This document shows, piece after piece, positions 1 through 8,578 of a stretch of DNA of 64,000 nt. Each line of letters opens with the position of its first letter. The stretch's first letter is position 1. Both the position numbers and the translations under genes were made by a program. Below the pieces are notes generated by a model. The model made no database searches and was not told the DNA's origin. It was given only the letters and a program-made list of their open reading frames with translations. Where the stretch lies: the IMG/VR virus record IMGVR_UViG_3300030688_000021; one strand, given 5' to 3'. This stretch comes from an uncultured virus (IMG/VR IMGVR_UViG_3300030688_000021) (lineage: Duplodnaviria; Heunggongvirae; Uroviricota; Caudoviricetes).

Positions 1-168
1 ATTTTAATCTTGATGCCGCCGTGAACCGCTTCCTAGGCTGGAAGCTGCCCGATGATTTCAACCCAGATGGTGGGATCACCCGAAACTCGAAATTCAACAG
101 TCTTAAGCCTACCGGCACCAACCTCATGGACGCCACCCAGGCTCGTGAGATGCTGGCCTATGTGCTGG
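1..168 (+). repeat. Direct repeat, copy 1 (copy 2 at 58999-59166)
   Basis: Read base by base: identical except one substitution (position 126 a vs c). Confidence 0.95.
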
Positions 169-464
169 ATGTCCAGGAAACGGACAAGGAGACCATCCAC
201 CTGGGAGGCCAGACCTTCAAGGTCTCCACCTTTAGCTTCGAGCAGCTGCAGCGGATGATGCCTGCTTTCGGGAGGCTCGAACTCGGGATGGCCGAAGGCG
301 GTCTGGACGCTGCCCTCGAAATTATCTCTGCTGCCCTACCTGACGTGGATCTGTCCACCCTTTGCACTACCGTCCCTGAGATCCTGGCAGCGGTGCCGGT
401 GGTGGCCCGCGTCTCTGGGCTGGTCCAGCTGGGTATGGCTCTGGCGGGAAAGGCAGAGCTATGA
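1..464 (+). CDS. Hypothetical protein, 5'-truncated (true start MTDFNL lies just outside the window); C-terminal half resembles tail assembly chaperones
   Basis: N-terminus matches the paralogous segment starting at 58992; stop overlaps next ATG. Confidence 0.7.
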   Translation, partial: FNLDAAVNRFLGWKLPDDFNPDGGITRNSKFNSLKPTGTNLMDATQAREMLAYVLDVQETDKETIHLGGQTFKVSTFSFEQLQRMMPAFGRLELGMAEGGLDAALEIISAALPDVDLSTLCTTVPEILAAVPVVARVSGLVQLGMALAGKAEL

Positions 465-643
465 CTGACGACATCACCGCCATGATCGAGCAGGGCACGA
501 AGCTGGCCGAGGCTTCAACATTTAATTTCCCCACATTGCGAACGCTTATGAAGCTGTTCCCGGACGATGGCCCTTTCATCGCCACCGTGCAGGACATCAT
601 GCCAGACATCAAGGAGTTTAAAGCGGAGGACAGCTATGGATAA
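461..643 (+). CDS. Hypothetical protein
   Basis: ATGA coupling; N-terminus MTDDITA shared with ORF 57795. Confidence 0.65.
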   Translation: MTDDITAMIEQGTKLAEASTFNFPTLRTLMKLFPDDGPFIATVQDIMPDIKEFKAEDSYG

Positions 644-1064
644 CGAGATGATCAAGCGCCTTTATTCTGCACTCGGGAATCCTGGGAATGAGCCAGACCC
701 TATCAAGAGAGTCATCTCCGCCCTCACCCCCGCCGACCTCGCGGCCCTGGTGCCAGGAAGCTCTGCAATGCTGGATGTTTCCAGAGAACGCAGACGCCAG
801 ATTGAAGTCGAAGGCTGGGGTGAAAGTCATGACGATAATCACAACGCTGGGGAGTTAGTCGCCGCCGCATGTACCTATGCACTGGAGGCGACCTTAGATG
901 GTCCAAAAGCGCGTGGGGTTTGGTTCCATCGGCTTTGGCCGTGGGATTTGAAATGGTGGAAACCTAAAGACAAGCGCCGCGACCTGGTCCGAGCCGCTGC
1001 GTTGCTCGTGGCTGAGATTGAGCGTCTGGACCGATCTGCCGCGCCTGCGCCGGGAGGTGAGTGA
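636..1064 (+). CDS. Conserved phage hypothetical protein (ERRRQ..EGW..HDD..WKP..RRDLVRAAALLVAEIERLDR family)
   Basis: RBS ggagga before ATG 636; motif widely seen in phage early regions. Confidence 0.8.
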   Translation: MDNEMIKRLYSALGNPGNEPDPIKRVISALTPADLAALVPGSSAMLDVSRERRRQIEVEGWGESHDDNHNAGELVAAACTYALEATLDGPKARGVWFHRLWPWDLKWWKPKDKRRDLVRAAALLVAEIERLDRSAAPAPGGE

Positions 1065-1167
1065 TGTGGTGGATAATTGGGATTTTCGCGGTGTTCATTC
1101 TCGCCATGTGCGGGGATGGTAGTGACGGCGAAGACTACGGGCCGGGGCTTTAAACGGGAGGAAAGCA

Positions 1168-1443
1168 ATGCTGATTGACCGACTGGCAATGGCGGTTCAT
1201 GCCGCCGATGGACTTGAAGCCTTAACCGATTGGGAAATGATCCCCGACAAACAACGAGAAGGATATGGTTTTGTTGCCCACGCCGTCCTGGCCCAGCTTG
1301 AAGCCGAGGGGCTGAAGGTGGTTCCGGCAGAAGAGACAATGGAAATGCTGACCGCCGCCATCTCCGCCGAAGACCATGGCGGAGATGGCGATACGTGGGC
1401 CGCAAAGCTCAATTCAGCCCCAAAGCTGGAGACGCTACCATGA
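1168..1443 (+). CDS. Hypothetical protein (paralog at 59860-60072)
   Basis: RBS ggagga; shared MLIDRLAMAVHAADGLEA. Confidence 0.7.
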   Translation: MLIDRLAMAVHAADGLEALTDWEMIPDKQREGYGFVAHAVLAQLEAEGLKVVPAEETMEMLTAAISAEDHGGDGDTWAAKLNSAPKLETLP

Positions 1444-1616
1444 TTGGGATACCTAGCGGGTGGGAGGAGATCGCGGCGATCGTCCCCGTGAACAAATATT
1501 ATGGCAGTACGAAGGAGCGTCTTTTAGACAACCTTCGCTCTATCACCCCGATTACCGTATGGTTTGCACCATATCTTATCTATGATCGGCGCAGCAGCCA
1601 GAAGGACGCATTGTGA
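1440..1616 (+). CDS. Small hypothetical protein, MIGI..SQxDA family copy 1
   Basis: ATGA coupling; paralogs at 2443 and 60069. Confidence 0.6.
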   Translation: MIGIPSGWEEIAAIVPVNKYYGSTKERLLDNLRSITPITVWFAPYLIYDRRSSQKDAL

Positions 1617-2025
1617 GCAGACGCAATCACGTCAAGCGGTCTAAACTGCCGCGGGTGGCTACGTACCTCCCCTCAACGGCTCGATTACGTTGACCTGGGC
1701 CAGGGTAGATGGGCGCAGGTCATCAAATGATCGCCGTCGCTGTCGCGCCCAGCAGATTTGTGGAGGATGCCATGCGAATTAACAAGCCACTTACTGGCCA
1801 CACTCACGGCCCTTCGTGGTCAGGTGAAAAGCGAGATTGGCGTGGTACGCAACCGAGATGGTACCAGTGGCTCTCGCTTGGTTGGGTGTGGCTTAATAGC
1901 CATCCGCCTGGAGATCCTCATTTCTGTGGCGGGCGTCTCTTGGTTTATACCAGGGTCCATTGCCACATGATCGACTTCCAGTACTGGTGGTTGATTAAAA
2001 GACTTCGTGGCAGATAAAATATCTG

Positions 2026-2079
2026 TTTACAAAGCCACCTGTGAGAGCTAAGATGCTTTATCAAATCCTTGCTGAGGAG
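2026..2079 (+). promoter_or_regulatory. Sigma70-type promoter plus GCTGAGGAG leader motif
   Basis: TTTACA 2026-2031, 17 bp, TAAGAT 2049-2054; GCTGAGGAG at 2071; GTG start 2086. Confidence 0.8.
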
Positions 2080-2085
2080 CTCCAA

Positions 2086-2328
2086 GTGTCAGACACCGAA
2101 TTCCATGAACGAGCCAGGCTCACTCAAGGCCTTCAACGGGCAACGAACAGTGAGCTGTTTGCCTTTCTACACGTCGCGCAGCAGTACATGCTGGCGAATG
2201 CCCACCATGGCTCTCCTTCGGCTCGAGCTGAGTTTGCTCTGAGGATCAGAGTGATGACGGCCGTGTTGCGTGAACGGCATGTTTGGCCGATGGTGATCGA
2301 GGGAGGTCGTCATGGCAATGATGTCTAA
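2086..2328 (+). CDS. Hypothetical protein
   Basis: GTG 6 nt after GAGGAG, in frame with ORF track. Confidence 0.65.
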   Translation: MSDTEFHERARLTQGLQRATNSELFAFLHVAQQYMLANAHHGSPSARAEFALRIRVMTAVLRERHVWPMVIEGGRHGNDV

Positions 2329-2442
2329 TGAATTCTGGCAGAAGTTTTCTTCGGTCTGTCTCACTTGGGGCATGGGTCCATGTGACCTTGAGTTTAAGCA
2401 GAACCGCAAGGGTGTCTGGGTCTGGGCGCGGAGGGTCTCATT

Positions 2443-2628
2443 ATGATTGGCATCCAAACAGGTTGGGAGTTCTGGGCGGCTTTGGTTTTTGGCTTTGAAG
2501 CCCGCGACCGATACTCTGGCTTCTACTGCAGCGCGCCCGTGCGCTTAGCTGATCGCCACGCCGACGGAACCTGGTGGGAATTCAGGGACCAGCTTGACTG
2601 GACTGTTAGCCAGGACGACGCGTTATGA
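2443..2628 (+). CDS. Small hypothetical protein, MIGI..SQxDA family copy 2
   Basis: RBS ggagg; conserved termini with 1440 and 60069. Confidence 0.65.
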   Translation: MIGIQTGWEFWAALVFGFEARDRYSGFYCSAPVRLADRHADGTWWEFRDQLDWTVSQDDAL

Positions 2629-2836
2629 GACCCGTGCGCCTTCGTAATGCTTCTCTGGCAATGACCTACGCCGTAAGGGTCTCGCTAAAGAACCGCTCTT
2701 CTCAAACTGTGTGGCGCGGCGCGCATAACGGCCTTGAGGTATTCTGGCTAGACGCATGCACAGACGAGGCCCAAATGAACCATGACCTGGCCGGCCACCG
2801 TCTCTACGCCATCGTTCGCCCCAAGAGGAGGTCTCG

Positions 2837-3073
2837 ATGACCCGCATTCTTTTGATGTTACTGGCCTACCATCTCGGTGTCGGTTACGCGGTTGCTCGTC
2901 ACACTGAGCAGCTCACAGGCATCGTCCTGAGCGACGATGAGTTGACGGCTATCGTGTTGACCTGGCCTGCGCAACTTGCTCAAACCCAGGTGGTTGTCCA
3001 TCGCCTTGCCCATGAGCTGGCCAACCCAGCTCCGGCTCCCACCCAAAGAGACCTAGAGGAGAATGAAAAATGA
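2837..3073 (+). CDS. Hypothetical membrane protein
   Basis: RBS gaggagg; hydrophobic N-terminus. Confidence 0.6.
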   Translation: MTRILLMLLAYHLGVGYAVARHTEQLTGIVLSDDELTAIVLTWPAQLAQTQVVVHRLAHELANPAPAPTQRDLEENEK

Positions 3074-4116
3074 GTGGTGTTAAAAAGCTGAAGCGGAAGC
3101 TTCGGCAGGTTAAGGATCAGAACCTTGAGTTAAAGGTTCAGCGCGCTGTTGAGGTCAACGTCGAGCAGTTGATCGACAAGCTGTTGCCTCATCAACAAGA
3201 CTTGTTTCGAAGCATCAACCTCACCGCTTCAACAAACGGCGCGGTTTATATCGGAGCTTCTCGGGCCCCCGGAAAGTCGACGTTTTGGGACGTCGTTCAC
3301 CCTCGGTGCCGTTGCCAGATCGTGCCGTTGGCTGCACCGAAGAACACATTCTTCGACGCATGCTGGGAGATGCCCGGCGTCCGCAAACCGGCTTTGGCGG
3401 GCTTCGATTACGCGGCTGCCGAAAACAGAATTTTCGCGTGGACTGGCCAGTACGAGACCAGGTTTGACCACACCTGGGACGCGTTGCGCTATGGCTCCCG
3501 AGTTCATGGGGGTTATACCGGCCGCCTGAGTGATCTTCTGTCCCAATCACGGCAGCAAGATCAGATGAAGGCCGAGATCAACAAGCTCAAGTCTCAGTTA
3601 GAGACGAGCCAGATGGTCTGCCAAGGCTTTCAGGACAGAGCTACTCTGGACAATCAGCGCATCCATGAGCTGCACAACTTGCGTGAGCGTAATCGGGCCC
3701 TGTCAAAGACAGTCCTAGAGATGGCAGATACCGAAAAGAGTACCCAAAGCTGCGTCTACGCTCTCAAGGCCGAAAGAGCAGAGCTCCAAAAGTACATCGA
3801 CGAGCAGGACAGTGCCATGCTCAAGCTTTCGTCTGAGCTTGAGAACGCCAAGCGGACTGCCGGGCTGTTCACAAATCCGTCTCTGATCCACCTAGCCGGC
3901 ATCCAACTTAGCGACGCTCACGTCGGTGCTGCGGCCGTCATCTATGGGCACAGGGACTCTGTTGCGGCCGTGTCAGGACTCGTTGATGCCTTGCGAGCCC
4001 AAGTCGAGTCTCAGGCAAAGGTTCTTCAGGACATTAGTGCGACGATCAACGCCGTTGGCACTCCTACAACGAAACTCATCGTGGTCAAGTCGCTGTTAAA
4101 GGACGGCGGGGTCTAA
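3070..4116 (+). CDS. Hypothetical protein: array of terminase/MuF/PolA-like motifs followed by a coiled coil
   Basis: 348 aa, RBS gaggag, ATGA coupling; motifs detailed in findings. Confidence 0.85.
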   Translation: MSGVKKLKRKLRQVKDQNLELKVQRAVEVNVEQLIDKLLPHQQDLFRSINLTASTNGAVYIGASRAPGKSTFWDVVHPRCRCQIVPLAAPKNTFFDACWEMPGVRKPALAGFDYAAAENRIFAWTGQYETRFDHTWDALRYGSRVHGGYTGRLSDLLSQSRQQDQMKAEINKLKSQLETSQMVCQGFQDRATLDNQRIHELHNLRERNRALSKTVLEMADTEKSTQSCVYALKAERAELQKYIDEQDSAMLKLSSELENAKRTAGLFTNPSLIHLAGIQLSDAHVGAAAVIYGHRDSVAAVSGLVDALRAQVESQAKVLQDISATINAVGTPTTKLIVVKSLLKDGGV

Positions 4117-4124
4117 AATACCTG

Positions 4125-4181
4125 TTTACAGACCAACTAGCTGGTGGTAGGATGCTCTTCAGAACAACGCTGAGGAGCATC
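4125..4181 (+). promoter_or_regulatory. Sigma70-type promoter, GCTGAGGAG motif, RBS-sequestering hairpin
   Basis: TTTACA 4125, 17 bp, TAGGAT 4148; motif 4169; inverted repeat 4151-4162/4170-4181. Confidence 0.8.
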
Positions 4182-4186
4182 TTACT

Positions 4187-5089
4187 ATGACTAAGTCTGA
4201 CTCGATCAAAGCCAAGATCGCTAAGCTGCTTCAGATGACGGCGACGCGCGGGTGCACCGAGGCTGAGGCCTCGGTAGCCATGGAGAAAGCTCAGAAGCTC
4301 TTGCTGGAGCACAATCTGACTGAGGTCGACGTGCTTGGCGCCTCCACTGAGAACAAGGGCCATCGAGAGGAGGATGACTTCCTTGCCTACGCCTGGGCTA
4401 AGAAGGTCTGCAGCTCGATCGCCGAGCTCTATGACTGCTCCTACCATGAACGTCGGTCTGGACGCCACAATCACTTTCACAGCACCTTCAAGGGTCGACA
4501 GTCGAACGCAGAGACCGCGAAGCTGATTGCGCAGTTCGTCATTAGAACAATCCTTAAGCTGAGTCGCCAGGCCCAGAAGGACGCCGAGGCCGACAATCGC
4601 TACGCGACCGACTTTCAGCACGGCTGCGCAGGTCGTGTCTGTGTCAAGGCCTTAGAGCTGTGGCGCGAGGCCAACAAGGAAGCCATTGAGGCCAAGCAAA
4701 GGGCCAAAGACCTAGAACTCGAGGCATACAATAAGCTCCGACCCAACTTCGACAACCTGCCTCCTGGCACTTACTCCTTTGAGCTACTTGGCAAGGGCTG
4801 GAATACCCTTAAGCGGCCTGTGGAGCTGAATGAGATCCAGGCGGTGGCCTACTTCAATTCGCTCATGAAGGAAGAACCTCCTCGAGGTGTTTATCTCGTG
4901 GCCATACGGTGCCTCAGCGGGCATCTTCAGAGCGACAATGAATACTGCTGGCGACTGAGGAATGAGGTAGCCAAGAAGGGCCGAGTGAGCGTCCAGAACA
5001 AGGAAGCCTTTGAGGCTGGAAAGACTGCTGGCGCCTCTATCGGACTTCACGTCCAAGTTGTGGCAGGTCCCTCAAATCAGTTGATGTAA
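4187..5089 (+). CDS. DUF2786-type domain protein
   Basis: N-terminal KIAKLLQM..TEAEA..AMEKAQKLLLEHNL signature; F.G...N and F..GC motifs. Confidence 0.8.
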   Translation: MTKSDSIKAKIAKLLQMTATRGCTEAEASVAMEKAQKLLLEHNLTEVDVLGASTENKGHREEDDFLAYAWAKKVCSSIAELYDCSYHERRSGRHNHFHSTFKGRQSNAETAKLIAQFVIRTILKLSRQAQKDAEADNRYATDFQHGCAGRVCVKALELWREANKEAIEAKQRAKDLELEAYNKLRPNFDNLPPGTYSFELLGKGWNTLKRPVELNEIQAVAYFNSLMKEEPPRGVYLVAIRCLSGHLQSDNEYCWRLRNEVAKKGRVSVQNKEAFEAGKTAGASIGLHVQVVAGPSNQLM

Positions 5090-5106
5090 AAAGCGCAAAA
5101 TATTTG

Positions 5107-5151
5107 TTTACGGCCCTTTCAAAACACGTTAGGGTCGTTCTTGCTGAGGAG
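5107..5151 (+). promoter_or_regulatory. Sigma70-type promoter plus GCTGAGGAG motif not adjacent to a start codon
   Basis: TTTACG 5107, 17 bp, TAGGGT 5130; motif 5143; next ATG at 5229 has its own RBS. Confidence 0.7.
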
Positions 5152-5228
5152 CTGAGCCGGACGACGTCGTCAAGCCTCTCCTCGAATTTTGACCACCAGA
5201 TGTCAAATCCAATCAAGGAGAGCACCAA

Positions 5229-5501
5229 ATGTCGTTGAGCGAAAATTCGAAGATCGATGCCCTGACCGCCAAGACTGAAGCCGGCAAGATGACTGTCGCC
5301 GACCTGGTCGAAAAACTGGTCGAGCTGGCCGACGCCGAGACCGCCAAGGCCGTCAAGGCCGAGACCAAGCGCCTGCTGATCGCCGTCAAGGAAACCGTCG
5401 CCGAAGCCGTGGCCGAAGCCAAGGAAGCCGGCGCCAAGGAAAGCGCGAAGCTTCTGACCGAGCTGGGCAAGAACATCGCCGAGGCCGCCAAGGCCGAATG
5501 A
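5229..5501 (+). CDS. Ala/Glu/Lys-rich helical hypothetical protein
   Basis: RBS aaggag; strong GC3 codon bias. Confidence 0.8.
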   Translation: MSLSENSKIDALTAKTEAGKMTVADLVEKLVELADAETAKAVKAETKRLLIAVKETVAEAVAEAKEAGAKESAKLLTELGKNIAEAAKAE

Positions 5502-5564
5502 CCTGCAGGGACCTGGGCCTAATCGCCTGGGTCCTTCCAGCCTGACTGCTGAGGAGTCAAACCA

Positions 5565-5786
5565 ATGCGCGTTTACAAAGTCCACACCAAGGACGACGAG
5601 GGGAAGACCCACATCCAGGTCGCCGGGTCTCAGGCTGCCGCCAAGCTCGCCCGGGACGGTCTTATGACCTCGGCCCACGTGGCCAAGAAGTCCGTCTTGA
5701 TCGAAGAGACCGAGCTATCCTACAACAAGGGCGAGCTATTGGAGCAGATTAATGACCTCCTTGAGGAGGTGCGCCATGGCGCGTAG
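5565..5786 (+). CDS. Hypothetical protein
   Basis: GCTGAGGAG at 5548 precedes ATG. Confidence 0.75.
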   Translation: MRVYKVHTKDDEGKTHIQVAGSQAAAKLARDGLMTSAHVAKKSVLIEETELSYNKGELLEQINDLLEEVRHGA

Positions 5787-6039
5787 CCCTACGGTGGCCC
5801 CTCCGGCTCCCAAGAAGGACATGGTCAACCACCCCAGTCACTATGCCGAGTCGGGCAACGGGATCGAGTGTATCGACGCCATTCGGGCGGCGCTGGGCCG
5901 AGAGCAGTTCATCGGCTTTCTTCGCGGCACCGTGATCAGGTATCAGTGGCGTCTGGGCAAGAAGGTCGATGACGTCGAAGATAACTCTAAGGCCATCTGG
6001 TACGCCAACAAGCTGGCCGAGGTCTTGGACGAAGAATAG
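5776..6039 (+). CDS. DUF3310-type protein
   Basis: DMVNHPSHY, IECIDAI, GFLRG..IRY.WR..KK, KAIWY motifs. Confidence 0.9.
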   Translation: MARSPTVAPPAPKKDMVNHPSHYAESGNGIECIDAIRAALGREQFIGFLRGTVIRYQWRLGKKVDDVEDNSKAIWYANKLAEVLDEE

Positions 6040-6498
6040 GAAGGTCACCCACTCCCCCGGGTAAGCCACACAACGTCGCCGGGTCCGTTGGGACCTTCTG
6101 AAGACCCGGCACCTTTAGCTAGCCTGTGAAGCACCATGAGCGCAGGTCGTAATACCCAAAGGTCCTCGCAGCGATCGATCCAGAGAATGGTGACACGGGA
6201 GCGGGTCGATACTCCTGGGGTTGGGAAGCGCGGCGGAAAACTCCAGCCAAAGCTTCGCAGGCTTGCTAAAGGTTTGATTAGGCTCGGGCTCCTGGCTTGC
6301 CAGAATGACCTGAACCTGAGGATGGTTGAAGTGCAGCTCGCGATAGCTTAGACCTTCAACCGTCCTCGAAGATGCCGAGGTCCAGTGCGGGTTGCGTTCT
6401 CCAATTGCGGGGGTAGGCCAAGCGGGGACTGGGCATAGGGTCACCTCCTTAAGTGTGAGGCGGGCGGAGCGCGGTGCCGCAGGCTTGAGGGAGGATCC

Positions 6499-6801
6499 AT
6501 GAAGACCGAGTTGCAACAGGCCCTGGCTTTGCTGGAGCTGCCCGAGACTGTAACCCTCGAGGACCTGAAGACCCGGTGGCGAGACCTGGCCAAGGAACTG
6601 CATCCGGATGCTGGCGGTGATCCAGTGAAATTTGGGGAATTCAACCGGGCCTACAAAATTGTGGTGGAACACGCTGGGGCCCCAGTTGATTGTCCTGAGT
6701 GCGGCGGGTCCGGGCGTGTCCCCATGGGAGGTCGAGTCAGCTTCTCGGCGATCATGATCATGTGTCCGGCGTGCAACGGCTCCTGTAAGGTCCCGCGCTG
6801 A
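6499..6801 (+). CDS. J-domain protein with DnaJ-like zinc finger
   Basis: LAKELHPDAGGD; CPECGGSG and CPACNGSC. Confidence 0.85.
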   Translation: MKTELQQALALLELPETVTLEDLKTRWRDLAKELHPDAGGDPVKFGEFNRAYKIVVEHAGAPVDCPECGGSGRVPMGGRVSFSAIMIMCPACNGSCKVPR

Positions 6802-7040
6802 TGGCGCAGTGCAGCTATATTGTTTCCGGTTCCGGTCGTCGGGCAGTCTTCTGTGACCAGAAGGCCATGAACGGGTCGGCGTACTGCCAAGAGCATCACG
6901 AGCTGACACACGCCGATAGAAAGGTTCAGGCTGAGTTAGATCGTGAGTATCATCTGCGTAAGGCCAAGCGCCCTTGGCTGAACGATGGTCGTAAGTGGAG
7001 ATCAGCGCCTAAGGGTGGCGGTGTTCGTAAAATGCTGTAG
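6801..7040 (+). CDS. Small Cys/His protein resembling the GcrA C-terminal zinc module
   Basis: CSYIVSG..FC..GSAYCQEH pattern. Confidence 0.5.
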   Translation: MAQCSYIVSGSGRRAVFCDQKAMNGSAYCQEHHELTHADRKVQAELDREYHLRKAKRPWLNDGRKWRSAPKGGGVRKML

Positions 7041-7418
7041 GAGAAAAAGATATGTGTACCTGTGCCACGGCCAAACGCCGCCGCAAGCAGCATCGTAAAT
7101 CGCGCAAGTACCGCTCTGCGATTAAATAGGAGGATGAAATGAGCGCCGACTCGCCCCTGTTGTTAAGACTACCCGTGACGGCCCTGGGCGCCGTTCTATC
7201 TTCAGTAACGCCGAGTACAAGAGGCGTGAGGGCGGAAAATACGTCCCCGCCGGCCCGCGCAAAAATGTCGGTCATACTTTTGCGCTTTGTCAACCTTTAA
7301 AGATCGCAAGCACGCGCGGTCTGCTTGGCCGTTAACCTCTTTAAGCCTCGGTGGGAAACTGCCGAGGCTTGAGAAGTCAGGAGGGCATGTTGCCGCTCCA
7401 TTCTGAGGAGAGTATCCA

Positions 7419-7640
7419 ATGAAGTTCAATCGTGTTTATCGTGGCACCGACGACACCCAGGCTGGTGGTGCCGGTGACCAGCCGATCGAGGGTGGCTTCG
7501 GCGGCCCGACGGCTGAGGGTGTTTCTGAGCACCCCGCAGTCTCGTTCCTGGCGGAGTTGGAAGCGAAGCTGGAGACGGTGGGCGAAGAGCTGAAGGCTGA
7601 GGCCCTGGCTCTGATTGCCAAGGTTCGCGAGGTCCTGTAA
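7419..7640 (+). CDS. Hypothetical protein
   Basis: CTGAGGAG RBS at 7403; codon bias. Confidence 0.7.
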   Translation: MKFNRVYRGTDDTQAGGAGDQPIEGGFGGPTAEGVSEHPAVSFLAELEAKLETVGEELKAEALALIAKVREVL

Positions 7641-7726
7641 CCTCTTCGAAACTCGGTCCTGACGCGGGCGCTTGGCTGGACGGCCTACCCAGACTGAGCG
7701 CCCGCGTCGTCGTATGGAGCTGCACC

Positions 7727-8155
7727 ATGGCAACAAAGCTTGTTCGAAGTCTGATTGACGGTATTGCCTGGCTCGCTGTGGTAGTCGTCGCCCTAGTGAT
7801 AGCGGTAGCCGTCGCCCTAGTGATAGCCTATCTCGGCCAGTTAGTGGTCCCGGCGCACGGAGCTGAGGTTTCTATGGTCACGGCTACTGGCGACGCTGTC
7901 GCCTGGCATTACATGCTTGATCGCCAAGCGGCAGATGCCCTGTACCGTCACCGTCTGGTGCATCTTACGGATGTCGTGGTAGTCGATAGCTACGGAACGA
8001 CGGCCGTGCTTCATGGAACCTCTTATGAGACCCCGATCTATGTCAAGCTCAAAGATGACCGTACCTTGGCCAGAGGTTCAAGCATCGAATTGACCTGCCG
8101 AGGCGCAGGGCTGGTGTTTAACGGAGACCCCTATTTCAAGGAGTGCGAATTTTGA
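7727..8155 (+). CDS. Membrane-anchored/exported protein, possible OB-fold
   Basis: N-terminal TM helix, PAHGAE signal-like motif, C-terminal TCRG..FKECEF. Confidence 0.6.
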   Translation: MATKLVRSLIDGIAWLAVVVVALVIAVAVALVIAYLGQLVVPAHGAEVSMVTATGDAVAWHYMLDRQAADALYRHRLVHLTDVVVVDSYGTTAVLHGTSYETPIYVKLKDDRTLARGSSIELTCRGAGLVFNGDPYFKECEF

Positions 8156-8578
8156 AGCACTACGAATTCTGCAATGACACGCTCATGGTGTCGTTTACGC
8201 TTTACGTCCCCAAAGGTGTGAAGCCTCCGCAGTTTGACGAGGTTGTCGCGTCTTTTGCTCGTAGGCACGGCCTTGAGCCTATCTATCAAGATTGGGGCAT
8301 TACGACACTCAATCTCTGCCATCTACACCGTAACTACGTGCCTGGTAAGGAGATCAAATCATGTCTCGTACGAAGCAATTGCTGCGCAGCACCACCTGCT
8401 TGCTGAACCCGTCGTTCTGGTGGCTCTCAAAGCCGCCCAAGACTGAGACCTTTATGATGCTCGTCGGCGGGAAGGAGATACCGTTCTGCGCCGTGGACAC
8501 GAAAGACGCGAAGGCCTTCGCCAGGACATACAAGGCTCAGGCCCTGGCTTCCGTGCCCTCTGGACTGCAGGTAGTGCT

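Noticed and set aside
1..168. Repeat as simple terminal redundancy or circular overlap
   Set aside because: Sequences diverge after 168 and neighbouring homologous modules are reordered
6405..6480. tRNA-like start gggggtaggccaagcgg
   Set aside because: No T-loop (TTCRA) or acceptor stem found
7419..7480. N-terminus resembling scaffold-protein leader peptides
   Set aside because: Too short and low-complexity to support
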